Assembly (NCBI GenBank): GCA_051362555.1
Contig: CM120640.1
Location: 32,569,967-32,633,966, forward strand
Origin: Lingula anatina
Lineage: Eukaryota > Animalia > Brachiopoda
Direction: 5' to 3'
DNA: 64,000 nt
Below the pieces are notes generated by a model. It worked only from the letters and a program-made list of their open reading frames with translations, had not been told where the DNA came from and did no database searches. Positions 35,801-49,000 of this stretch are shown here, piece by piece. The translations under genes and the position numbers were made by a program. Every line of letters starts with the position of its first letter. The first letter of the stretch is position 1.

Positions 35801-38562
35801 ATGAAAATAAATTTTTTGCTGTATAAAGATCTCAAACTCATTATGTGCCTTTAAAATGAAACCAATTTAAACCTGGGCATAGTTACCTGACTTTTTAGCA
35901 TGGTGTACTGCAGAAAATTTAAAAAGTGACACTGGCTGGATAAGATCATATGCTTCCTGGAGCTTGCTGCCAACAGAATGAGCCTGGAACAAAAGAAATG
36001 TACCCCTGCTCACATTTGTACAGAAATGCAAAAATGGAGAAGAGAATTTGTCTTTCAGCACATGCCTGAATTAACCCATAATGCAAGCGTGCAATCTCCC
36101 TGCACTCTGAGCAGAGGATCAATCCTGACAAACTGAAATACTTTACTCTACTACTCTACTCATATCCTCATGTTTAACTATTTATGTAACTATGATGTTC
36201 ACTTAAATGTTTATTTATTGGTGTACTATTTATTGATATAGTTACATGTCATGTCCATGATTGTCCCTTTTGTGTGAAGGTCTGTATCAATATCAACAAA
36301 GAATCTGAATCTGTACACTCATATCTACCACTGTAAACCACTTGCAGACTGGCATCATGAAACTGCAGATTTCACCACAAGTTGTATGCACAAACACAAA
36401 TAAGCCATTGAAAAAATTAAGTAAAAATAAAAAAAAATTGTGCACACATGTTTCTGTGTGTATGAACAAAGTACTTGATAATAATTTTAATTTATTAAAA
36501 TAATTTCATGCAATAGTTCCACTTACCCTTTTCTCCTGTGGTAGAGTTTCTTTGAAGCAGGCATAAACAAACACCACATTTATCACTGCCAAAGTGAGAG
36601 CAAATAAAGCAGGGGCAACAAAAAACATCCCCTCATGTTCTCGCACTTGTTTAGCAAAATATGCACCAATCAATGGACCAATCAGGAATCCCACAGAAAA
36701 GGCAATCCCTATGAGGGCCTGGGTGTAAAAAGTGTATACATATAATAATATTTAACTTAATAATTTCATATTTTTGTGTTGTATTAAAACAGTGTAATTC
36801 ACATAATTTTTTATTATGTTATTTTTTAACAAAAGTAACCTTTTTTTTCATTCAACACTAAAAAAATAAGTGTTACCTCAACTTGCCCATCAACATATAC
36901 ATGTTAATATATAATTCAGTCTTGAAAAGACACAAAAATACCCATAACATTACATCATGATATAAAACATAATTCTAGCATACCAATTAAAACACAACAG
37001 GGTTGTCAATACTAAGGATCTTGAACAACAGCCTTACACCTTATAAATGGGATTTTGTCAAAGACTTCTTAAAATTTGTTTAAGCGCAAAGAGTTCCCTT
37101 GATCCAGACACTCCTTAATATTCAATGTAATAAAGAAATGATACAATGAATTTCCTCCTCACCATTCCCTTGCCTCTGGTCTGTGGTGTGGAGATGTCTG
37201 TCACAATAGCTGTGCTCAGGCTGATGTTACCCTTGCTGATGCCTCCCACTATCCGTGCCAGTACAAAAATTGTGAAATTAGTAGATACTGCCCATATGGC
37301 GTAGGAAACAGCTATACCAATCTGAGAAAGAGAAAATAAAAATGCTTTCGAACAAAAGTTATGGTTTCTTTCTCTATGCATATCAGAAACACAAAACTCA
37401 CAAGAAAAGATTACAGAAATCTAGTTTTAACTATCAATGAATTAGTAAAATTTTAGACTTCTTACACATTTATAACAAACCCTACCAAATTCAGTAACAT
37501 CAACGGTTTTCTGCCATAGTAATCTGATGCTGCACCAATCATGGGAGAAGCTAAAAACTGCAGCAGGGAAAACAGGGAACCAATCAAACCTGGGTAGGAA
37601 AACAAAACAGGGAACCATTCAAACATTAGAAGTTTAACATATTAGGGTTCAAATTTACTGATCCTGGAGAAAAAGAAAGCTTACATTTGCATAAGAACAT
37701 TTCTCAGCATGTTTGGAGAGGAGGGGAAGAGTATAAAAGCAATGAACTGAAAAAGCTACAAATGATCAGATGGTGCATTGTGATTTAAATACATCAAAGG
37801 TGATGTTCATTTCATTCATTTCAAAATATATTAAAGAAAAATAAATCAATGATCATAGCAAAAACAGTAACAAAAATAAACAGACCATAAAAAAGCATCA
37901 TTTATAAGTGGATTTATAGTCATTACCTCCAAAGAGCACAGAGTTCCACCTTGGCGTGTCAGGAGCTCCTATCAGTGACCTCAAGCTATGAACATATTGC
38001 AGTAACACATGGTATAGGCCTCCCTATAACAACGTACATAAAACTGTGTCATGAAATGCATTGCCTTACAGCAAGTAGATTGGGCAAAGAAGTTTTCCCT
38101 CATATAGATTTTAAATCACAACTTCACAGCATAGCACACTTGAAAAGCAAAAGATGCACTACTGCAGACAAATGTGTTGTAAAAATTGATTGGGTTATAA
38201 ATATCAAGATTTATCAAATTCATTCTTTCAAATGACCCATCTTTTAATCTTTAGAAGAGTAAAGAGACATAATAAATATGTATTAGCTTAACCTTGCATT
38301 AAGTCAAAACAAACTCAATTATTTAAAATTTAATAATTATAATAATTGAATGCCAAGCAGTACACTGCTAGGCCATTAAACTTACCTCATCATGGTGTCC
38401 ATAGTAATCCAGTAGAGAGGGCAGCAGTGGCAGAATCATCGTAAATGCAAGCAAGTCAATTATCAAGGAGATGAACACAACATACACCATTTTTGAAGAT
38501 TTGTTGGTCCCAACTTTTTCTCCAGTTTCGTTGATGCCATTTTCACTTACACTTGTGGCCAT
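32803..38562 (-). CDS. MFSD10: Major facilitator superfamily domain-containing protein 10 (TETRAN-like efflux transporter), 460 aa, 12 coding exons
   Basis: Exons (minus) 38562-38386, 38023-37927, 37589-37486, 37321-37163, 36718-36527, 35983-35887, 35024-34913, 34599-34544, 34135-34083, 33774-33684, 33354-33217 and 32909-32803, 1383 nt in frame. Motifs DLLAFTMILPLLP, NSVLFGGLIGS, GAASDYYGRKP (MFS motif A), GGISKGNISLSTAIV, SGLEFTLTFL, FRSLGALARALGP. Confidence 0.93.
33971..34088. repeat. 59-bp tandem duplication covering the MFSD10 exon-9 splice donor
   Basis: 33971-34029 and 34030-34088 are near-identical. Confidence 0.85.
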
Positions 38563-40529
38563 TTTGAGTATTTTCTCAATCCCTAAAAAATATTTTTCAA
38601 AAAATAATAATAAATAGTTTTTTCGGGAAGGAAATTCTATAAGTATAAGACATATAAACCATTGGTATGACTAATAATTCAAAGAAAAATATATTATAAA
38701 ATATGTATGTAAACATGCACTTACATTAAGCCCATTTACATGTAGGTATGGATGCCCACATTCAGTTCTTATCAACAAGATGTTGTCAAGCAAATGAAAT
38801 CACATCAAGTATTTAATAGCAATATTTAATGACTACCAGGACAACATATACTGGTAGCCATAAATATCACGATATGCATTAATTTTGCAGAATGAACATC
38901 TTGTCATAAAGACTTGCATACAGGCACATACACGTACATGTTTCAGCTTAATTCATCTATTCAAACTCCATTTTGGCCAATTACTGAGCAACTATTGTTG
39001 AGTATACATTAAATATATCCAGACACTAAATGACTGTATTTAAATAACCACACACCATGCAGGCCTGTCTATGGGCAGTTTCATGGATGACGGTCTCTAA
39101 ATTATACTTCCCAGCTCAAATTACTGTCCCATAAGTGCCACCAGGTGTTGTCAGTGTCATTAAATCACATTATGTAAATTTAGAAATGAGTATTAATTAA
39201 TATATTTTGTTTCCCTTTCTCTTCTTATTAAGGGTTTGGGGAATGTTGTAGGGTGAAAGGCACACTGTGTACATTTTTTGTGTACGTGTTGCAGCATGAA
39301 GCAGTTTCTGTCGCATCACTGTCACAGGTGTCTATGAGATAGCAGATAGCTATTATTATTATTGTGTTGGGACGACCTACTGTATAGTAGCTAGTGTGAT
39401 CTACCTCCATATAGGCATAGAGTGAATGCAAATTAAACAGACTAAAATGCCTCCTGGTGTTGAGTAGAATTTGTAAAATACATAAAAAACTGGTAATTAT
39501 ACAAGTATGTTGGCAACAAGAGGAGGCGTGTTTAGTCGACCTACCTCATTCTGAAAACCTCCTAAGACATCAAGAGCTGATACACAAGACCAGATATTTC
39601 ACAACTTTAGTCAAATATGGGAGGGATCACAGAAGAATTATAAGGCGTATTCTCATTCATCTTGTGACAATTTATTATATAAGTATACATACACACTGTA
39701 CTCGTACCGTAACCTCAGTGTATCATGTGATTGAGATAACTGACCATCCCAATCACCTGGCCACAGTAAAATCAAGTGGAATCAATAACGTAAGGTTTGG
39801 GTGGGACAACAGAGGCATCAGACTGGCTTCTTAAAGTGAGCTAATCATAATGTATTGCATGTACAACTTGTTCTACTGAGATGCAATAACAATAGTTAGG
39901 CTGCCACAAATGAAATGCACCACTAGATGAAATGATATGGTCAGTTCCCTAGCTGGCACCTCCCCAATGTCTCAAGTGGAAAAAAAATCATGTTGTAAAG
40001 AATAATGTTACTGTTAATCTCATCTAGTCATTTGGAGCTGGTCTCATATGTCTTTAGGCCGTGCCATCCTAGATGCACATTCCACAATAACAAAAGTGCC
40101 AGAATCTTTATAAATATTTTTTTTTTCAAAACAATCATGTAATTATTAAATGTAGACAAAAATGTAACAATGCGACCCACTGATAAGCACATGTGCATGT
40201 AAAAACTTCATTAACGCAATGTCCTTTTGAAATACACAACAATATTAACATGTCTCAATAATAATTCATTTATGTTAACACTCTCTCAGAAAGTGGCTCG
40301 ATCAATGTGACCTGGTCCTCGGTGCAAACTTACAGTCAGATAAGGTGTACCCATTTGCGCAACAGGTCAAATCTTAACATGGTGTGACCCCATGCAAAAC
40401 ATCCGAGTCATCTGTGTCGCGGTATCGGTGCTTACAAGTTCAAACCAAAGACAAAGTTACTTATTATTAATGTTATTAACCATATGTAACACCCGAATTA
40501 TTTGTAAGTGTACTCTTCGTGAAGTTTCT

Positions 40530-40720
40530 CACCTGGATATATTCTGTCACTCGCGCAGGCTTCTGCATGAATACAACCCGGTTATTGTTAAGTACACATC
40601 ATATGTGTGATCGAGTCTGCTGAATCACAACACCGAAGCACAATCATAAGAGACACACATTTTGACGGTGAGTCGTGACTTGCTCATGTGGAGTAATTTC
40701 CGGTCTTTTTCTGAATGAAC
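40530..40720 (-). promoter_or_regulatory. Probable MFSD10 non-coding first exon and promoter
   Basis: CpG-richer segment with a minus-strand donor CAG|GTGAGA (~40533), ETS-like CCGGAA (~40698) and ARE-like GTGATTCAGCA (40618-40628). An acceptor lies just upstream of the ATG at ~38583. Confidence 0.4.
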
Positions 40721-40977
40721 GATGTGCTTAGCACAACTACTGCAATGCTTGCTACAGAATCTGTAGAATTATCGTGACTGGAGTATACAAACATAGAACA
40801 ACTAAATACCCGGTAGAACAATTAATATTTATAAGTATTATCAATTTATTCACCCGGTCTCATGGGCTGAAGATTGTGCATTTATCAAAAACATCAAAAA
40901 GCAATGGAATGTACGATAAAAGATGCCTCTACAAAGAGTAAATTTTATCTGAAAATCTGCCTAGCTGTGATAATTCT

Positions 40978-41152
40978 GGGGGCTGTAGCGATAGTCCGAA
41001 GGTTCAATAGTCCGAAGGTTCATTGGTCCGAATGTTCACTATAGAACCTTCGGACCAATGAACCCTTGATTAAAAAGTCGATGAAAACGTTACCACTTTT
41101 CGGACCAATGAACCTTCGGACCAATGAACCTTCGGACTATCGTGACGCCCCC
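40978..41152. mobile_element. MITE, copy of 4054-4211
   Basis: Same TIRs and internal repeats. Direct flanking repeat TAATTCT at 40971-40977 and 41153-41159. Confidence 0.85.
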
Positions 41153-41600
41153 TAATTCTGCATGTGTGGAATTTCCCAGGAAAAAACTTAGTTTGAACAA
41201 AAATTGTCTTTGGACGACCAATATAAAGATTTAAGTAATTTTTCATTTAATCAAAAATCAAACCATCTTAAAATGCGTGAAAAAAAAGAACTAAATGCTT
41301 TTTGTTTTTTTTTTTAATCTGAAGTGTCTTGTATGTCATGGTAGGCTATTTATAAAAATGTCAATGACTGAATATTCATGCAAATGCTAAATAAAAAAAT
41401 ACACATGACGTTTAGACCGCCATGCCTTCCTGTAGGCCTACATTTCAGAAAAATATGCACATCGGGTATACTTTTATTTATGGGATTAGGGCCTATATTA
41501 CCTTTGAGGTATGAATTGAGGGAATACAAGTATTTTTCTTAGTATTGCAAGAGCGAATCCAGGATTAGTAACTGGACAAACACGCAAACCTTTATTCTCT

Positions 41601-41877
41601 TTTTACCTCCACCAAGGAGGTTACATGTATGTTTTCACCCATGTTTGATTGTTTGTCTGTCTGTCATCAATATAACTCAAAAGTTATGAACCGATTTTGA
41701 TGAAATTTTCAGGAACTGTCAGAAGTAGGCCAAGGAACAGATGATTAGTTTTAGTGGTGATCTGGATCAATAATCAATCAATAATCAAAAATGTCGAAAA
41801 TTTAGGGGTGAAACGGCATTGGATGGAGACTTTGCTGCCTTGGCGGAGGTCTGCGCTCTCTGAGTGCTTTTCTAGTT
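41601..41877 (+). mobile_element. Short Helitron/Helentron-like non-autonomous element
   Basis: 5' TTTTACCTCCACCAAGGAGG hairpin, (TGTT/TGTC)n, subterminal inverted CCTTGGCGGAGGT, terminal hairpin GCGCTCTCTGAGTGC and CTAGTT end. Confidence 0.7.
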
Positions 41878-41906
41878 GCTTTATTATTTCTAGCTCTCTA
41901 CTGTGA

Positions 41907-42074
41907 CAGGGGCGGATCCATAGCTATTTTCTGACAGTCTTCCAAATTATCTTTATTGATCTATCCTCCAATTTTGACCGTCTTCCAACAGAAAAAATAA
42001 GATACCTTTTAATGTAAACTTGAAAATCTGACCGTCTTCTGGAAGACCCAGAAGACGGCCTAAATCCGCCCCTG
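41907..42074. mobile_element. CAGGGGCGGATCC-type MITE (related partial copy ~17224-17336)
   Basis: CAGGGGCGGAT...ATCCGCCCCTG with flanks actgtga/actgtca. The internal TATTTTCTGACAGT..TTCCAAA is shared with 17224. Confidence 0.7.
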
Positions 42075-45000
42075 ACTGTCAGCCTACACTCTATTATGAA
42101 AATTATAATGGTAGCTTTTACAATGACGACAAGGAGCTAAAATGCATTCGGCCAGATCACAGTCAACCTTTACCAAAACCTATACGGATAAATGCCAATC
42201 TACTACTAGTTTTGCTGCGTTCAGGTAGCTCTGCAATGCGTGTCCATTGCGACAGACCCTGACAGATGGGAAACTGACTGCTGGTAGACAAGGAAAAAGA
42301 AAAAAACTAACACAGCTCTTGAAATAATTTTTTCAGAAATGTCTAGGGTGACACCTTACCCCCATCCCACCCCACGGAGTATACGGCCCTAAATATTTAT
42401 TTTGAAGCATGAAGCATAAGAGAAGTAATTCGTCTCTATCGCAATTGTGCACTGATAGGGCGTTTTGCCTTATGCCTGATGGCTAGCCAAATCGTGTATT
42501 CAAATCGCAAAAGACATGAGCCGATACTAGTTGATCATTAGTCAGAGGTGTAGGGGGCGAAACTTAATTTATGATAATCCTTGTTTACTTGCTCAATAAG
42601 GTCGCATTGAAGAAGCAATGTTCAGATAATGCTCAGAATTGTGGGGATTATTGTTAATCGCAATTTGATGGTTTAGCTTGAAGTAGTATTTGAATGAGAT
42701 TCATCCCGGGGCCGATATTAGGGGAGGATTTCTTGTTTAAGAGTTACGAGAGACCAGATTTGAATTTTCCTATTCGTAACAACACAATATTTTACCTGTG
42801 AACGCGTTCTTCATATATATATAGTCTAAGGCCCATTTCGTGTTTAAAAACTTGTGAAGGTAGCATTGCCAAATATTGTTCAAGAGCAGACCAAGTTCAG
42901 CTGGAATGCTTGCGTTTGTACGCGTGAAACACTAAATATTACTGCAAAACGCATACCGGTATTTATCTTTTATCATTATTCATCAAAATGGTTTTCCCTA
43001 TTTTCAGGAACGCGCTTGCCCAACATGATATGCCTTATATCTTTTTAAAAAATTTTTCTAGTAGAGTTTCCTAAAAAAAATACACTGAGCACAATTACCT
43101 GTATAAGCCCTAGATAATAAAATTTGATAATAAAGAAGTGCCTCAATAAAGTTTGTCGCATCGCCCCCGAAGAGGCCTCTCGTTTCAGGTTCCACCTTCA
43201 CTTGCAGCCATAGTGACAATCTCGCCCGAACTAGTGGTTCATTACAACTGTCAACAATTTCAACTAATTGAAAAGATATACAGTGCCCTTATCTCTGCAT
43301 TGCGGAATACCTGGCACCATAGTTGAGACCCAGGGGTCCTATAAAACGGCTAATAATCAAAATAAGACCTACTATATCCTTAATACGGCATGGGAGTGAT
43401 ACTGGGAAAAAAATCACAAAATTGATTTTGCTGAAATTTGGCACCAGATAGACTGCGACTGGTGGTCAAAAATTTCAAGTTATTTGATTCTTGTCAACAG
43501 CGCGTAAGTAATCGTGTTTTAAAGGCATAGGGCACGGATTATTGGTGCGAAATACCCAAAAACGGATTTTGGTGACACTTTCGACGCTTTAAACTTATTC
43601 ATTATTTCGAAACATGTAGGCCTACGTCTTCCAACGCGCTTCCACATTCTCTTATGAAGTAATGGGATTATTTGTTGCGATCTCTCTCCAAATAGATACA
43701 TATGAAGCTAGAGTAAACTCCCTGTTACGTGTTTGAATTGTTGAATTGTTTATATCAGAAATAAAATCCCCATGCCCCCCCCCCCCAAAAAAAAATGATT
43801 ATTAATAATCTCCCATGCAACTGAAAAGGGCTTAAAAACTGCATTTTCCAAGAATTACTGAATGCAAATTTGACCTTCTTATTTCCCCTCCAATCCGTAA
43901 ACCACAGAATGTAAGCAGAAAATATCTGTGTAGATTTCTTTTTTTTTTTTTTCGTGAAATATTGTAACGGAACTCTGTAGTATTCAATTAAAGTACTCTA
44001 TACACTATACATGTATATCGTGGCATTTGATTGATGATTTTACATAGATACACGCTTGATATGAATATTTAAGAAACTGCGACCATGACCTCAAATTTCA
44101 AACCTTTTTTTTATTTATGAAGTTTCAGGTTTTTAATATGATATTCCAAAGTTAAATGACTGCTCTTAAACATGATTCTCGTTTTATTTTTATACATATT
44201 AATTCGCGCCAATGTTTTTTGTGTTAAAAAACTGGTAAAACCCACGGTTAAAAGTGGTCAGTGCCATTTATTTGAATTCCTAAATATTTTAATAGGCCCA
44301 CTGAAAAAATAAATATTTTGTAGGTCTAAGTTACAAAATGACAAATTCTTTCTCAAACGATGCCAGGCCCTAGATTAAGGACAATTGCTCAAAGTGAAGT
44401 CTTAAATCATCGTTTTTTTGTTTGTTTGTTTGTTTTTTTTACATTATAAAATGTGCATTACCAATAATTGAGAGCAAGATTTCTGTTTATAAATATTTTC
44501 TATTTCCTTTACAGCAAAGACAAAATGTAAATGAAACTTGATAAAAAAAGACCATGTTATATAAAACAGACTATAAGAACCACTTGCTTTTTTTCTCTCT
44601 AAAAACCCCGAATCCTTGCTCATTTTACTAGTAGGCCTATTGGATAACATGCGAATTAATTATCATAATTATCAGTACTTTCAACAAACAATTTACAACA
44701 GTCATATAACAGGGGTGGTGATATAAATAGAAGCCTAAAGAAATAAAGCATAAATTACGAAAAATTTATCAAAGTAATAAACTCGGATCAAAAACAATAA
44801 AACTGAATGATCCTCGCTTAATCGAGTTTATATGCTTTTTTTGTGTGTGCTATGCGCTAACGGTAGCACTGGCGTCGCATTTATCGCGGTTTTAGTCGAT
44901 ATCTCCCACGTTTGAATACAAGTTGCAACTTGTTGAGTCAAAGACTATACGCACTAAAATATATCTAAATTATTCAATAAAGTGCCTTGTTGAGCTATAG

Positions 45001-45388
45001 TGTTAGGAACAACAGTGTTTGTCTGGCATATTTACGATGATGTAGCAGTTTAATTGCAAAGTCATATCCGATAAAGAAAAAAGTCAAGATTCGTTATTAC
45101 TAAAAGATATTTGTAATTAGGTACCGCTTCAAATTGCTTCAATCTAACAGCTCTTGTTGTATCAAAGAGGAAGTATGACAAAACGCTTTCAAAATATTTT
45201 TATCAAAAATATCTGATAAAACTTTTAATTTATAATTTCTTTGCGACTCAAAGCGTTATTGTTCCTTATTCATATTCATCAATTAAATGATTATCTTTGA
45301 AATATGTTTCAAGGGATAAAACTTTCTCCCCACTCATACCCCATGTAAATGCAATTATCACAAGATTGTACTGAATATATATTTTTAC

Positions 45389-45394
45389 TTTATT
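45389..45394 (-). terminator. Candidate HHEX polyadenylation signal
   Basis: AATAAA on the minus strand ~650 nt after the stop codon, just downstream of TGTATATA (45410-45417) and AU-rich sequence. Confidence 0.4.
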
Positions 45395-46041
45395 ACATAA
45401 ATATATAAATATATACAAGTACATATAAAGTCAACTTTTGTTGTTTATAAGTACAAAGAACGCGCGCGCATACGGTGGTCCACCCGTTTTTGACGCTCGT
45501 TATACATGATAACGTTACGGTATTCCTACGTACATGTACTAGTATGTGATTTTAAATGATAGACGGGTATATGTTAAGCAAGTCAGTATGTCGTCAGCGT
45601 TTGTAATAAACGTATATGGATATATGCAGTATGTATTAAAAAAACATTATGCAAAGTATTGCCAATAAATAGAATATTTGCCTGCATGTGTTGCATAGTC
45701 AACAATTTGTTTTGGTCAAGTCAGTGAATGCATGTAGATGCGCAAGGGTTGCACACTCAGGAAGGCTCTTGTGGCCTTCAGCACTTTTCGCTTAAACATA
45801 CCACACAAAATAATTTTAGTATTTGCTAAAAATAAAATACTGTGTTTTTTTCTCATAGCTGTTTTTAATGCTCCCATATATAAAATTTTGCTTGTTCGCC
45901 TGGTGTGATATGCCAAGCGCAATGTTTACAACGGTACAGGCCGTCCACACGTGACAAAGTGCAGATGATTATTAACGGAAGTTCAGATCTGAATTGAGCC
46001 CCAGGAGGTCACCGATAGAACGGCGCTTCATTCCCCAGAGT

Positions 46042-49000
46042 TTAAGTTTTCGATGGGTTCTCGTCACAAATATCAACTTTGACTTCGCCGCAGTCTTCGG
46101 TCGATTCGTCATCTTCGTTTTCGGAATCTGAGATGTCGCTTCCCGGATGATCGCTCGATGACGTGTGAGAGTCTGCGATTATTCCTGAATCGTGCTGCGT
46201 GTCGTCGGACTTGTCACTGGAATCCTACAGAAGAGATTTGAATGAAATATTTTTTCCATTTTAAAATCAAAATATTTTATGTGTTCTTTATTGAAAAAGA
46301 ATATGTTAATATCCGTTTCAACCATTACATCTATCACTGTTTTCCAAACAACACCGGATTCTTTTACTAAGCTCGTATGACCATACACAGAAGGTAACGG
46401 TATTTGACTTGGAGGGAACTTTTTAAAACACTATACGCCTGCGAAAGTCTTTTTTTTTAATCCACGACCAAAATGTAGCCTGTATGCATTTCAACTACTT
46501 CTCTTTAACTTGCTGCTATATTTATTGATTGACACTTGTCAGAGATACTGTATCATAGTGTCGACGTTAATTTTTTTCTACAACTTCAGTTTAAGATAAG
46601 TTTTATTTGTTTTAACATTTGATTGGGGGAGTAGCATTCGGCTTTACCTGTTTTAGCCGGCGCCACTTCGCTCTTCTGTTTTGAAACCAGGTTTTGACCT
46701 GAAAAGGATTTCGATGTACATATAACAGATCTCTTCGAAAGAAAAAATTAACTATAGTCATTGCAACAAGTGATTGCCAGACCATTAAGTTCTTCATACG
46801 GCAACCGAGAAACGTAGACTTATTACACTTTTCTCTTTCAAAAGAAGTATATGGTCACTAGAACTGCTAAACTATCTAAATAACAAACACTTATGTCGCT
46901 AAGAATTAAAAATTCATTGAACAAAAGCAATGGCATAGTAATAAATTACTCCTCCTTGTCAGCGATGTCCCTTCTTATCCACTACGTGGGGTTTCAAGTA
47001 AGTTCCACGGCTATAACGTCCGAATTGGTCAACATTTATTTCAATTGAGACTTATTAGACGTGATCAAAATAATAGAGGTGGGCCTAATCGGAAGCAATA
47101 GAGAAGTTAATTTTCTTCAATGTTGTTCTTTTCTCGCGAAGAACTGTCAAGCATCGCCCCCTAAATAAATTCCATCTACAAAAGTTCCCTGTGTAGGGCT
47201 CTATCACGCTGACGATTACATTTCAATCAATTTTCTGAGTAAACAGAGAGACTGAAGATCAAATTTAGGATAGGTAAGATAAGTTCGACATTAAATCTGG
47301 CCGCATAATCTGGTCGTCGTTGAGCCCCCTGTGTTGTCGGGTTGCTTTCCTAACCTTCATTTCGACCAAACTTGCTGCTCACAGAATATAGTGAATTCAC
47401 TTCTTTATTAAATCCGCAACACAAAAATGGATCGCGAAAACCGTGCCTTAATTCATCAGTACAGTATCTTAATTTTATAACGTGATTATTCGACAATATC
47501 GCGGATTTGCAATGGGAGAAATTCTATATGCTTTTATGGTATCGTGCTTTCAAGGTGACACTTAAACTGAACTTAATGTTTACGATACACCTGTTTGTAT
47601 TGTATTACTTTTCTTACCTGTCTTTCAGTCAGTTGTAAAACTTTGGCTAATCTTTTCCTCTCGGGAGGCGACAGGTATTTTTGACTTTCAAACTTCTTTT
47701 CCAATTCCACCGTTTGGTCGTTTGAAAACCGTACTTGTCCACCTTTCCGTTTGTGAAGACTGCGTTGCATAAATGGATTCCAGAGAAATGGGGCTGCTTT
47801 TGGCGGAACTGAAGCAAAAGGCAGAAAAAAAGCTATTAAAACATTTCGAAAAAAAGTACACCAAAAGCAATAAACAGTTGTCTGTTGGTTAGTCACCACC
47901 ATTTATATCTATGGTTTCTATCTGTTTTGAAATTAGAATAATTTGTAAAAGCACAGTGGCTTCCGCTATGTTTATCCAAAGTATTTTGCACTCTGCCCCT
48001 CCGTCTTCCCTTTCACCATGCGGTTCACCCGCTGTAATCACAATCTTATCTTGACTAAAATATGGTGCATCAAAAATTAATTTTTGGATTAAGTTTGATC
48101 CTTTAACGAGACAAAGAATCCATTATTCTTAAGGTGGCATTTGAAGTGATTGATTTTTAAATCATTTTGCATCAAGTTAAATGCAATTAGGGGGAGACCG
48201 GGGCAGACTGGCGCCCATAGACCGCCTCGTCTCTGCCTCATAAGGAATTGTGAAGGATATCCTGCACGACAAGGCATAATGTGCGTAAAACTCTGATATT
48301 AAAAAAGCTTCTTTTATTTCTTTAATTGATTCTAGCTCTTTTTTCATTATAACCAATTTCTCCCAATATTCCCGTATCCAGAAACAAGTATGTCTGTCAA
48401 ACAAAGGCTAAACTAAAAATATCTATGATTTCACTACTCGGTGAATTTCTATTCTCTTAACGCGTGGATTTTTTATTTGTTCTGTGTTCTTTTTTATATT
48501 CTTGCCTGTCTGCATTCACTTATAAGTACGTTTTCTAAAGATCCCACACTCGCTAAGTCGATGTAGTCGCTGACATAAAAATTTCTTTCTTTAAAGTGGT
48601 GCTTACTTAACTCGGTCATAAAATCGCGCGTTTCCTGAATCACTAGTGTGTCTGAAAAATGAACAACCTTACTCTCATATCCTGACCAATATCTCTTTTA
48701 GCATATTTCCGTGGTTATTTTATCTTAGCTTATTTTACGATCAATCAGATTGCAGTGTTTTCCGGCTTCGTTATTGTATTGGTTACATTGTTAGCTGTCG
48801 ACTGCCAATTAAAGCACTCTTAAATGGATACATCGTTGGGCTGAGTGTAGTTTTTTGTTTACAAAATACCAAGAATGTCTTCTATCTGTGTTGACTGGGC
48901 GGTGTGTATCGCTTTAATATTGAGCGACCAATTAGTTGAAACAATACCGCAAGACATTTTTAGCAGCATGCGGAAATTTGGCAGTCTTTTTAAATATATT

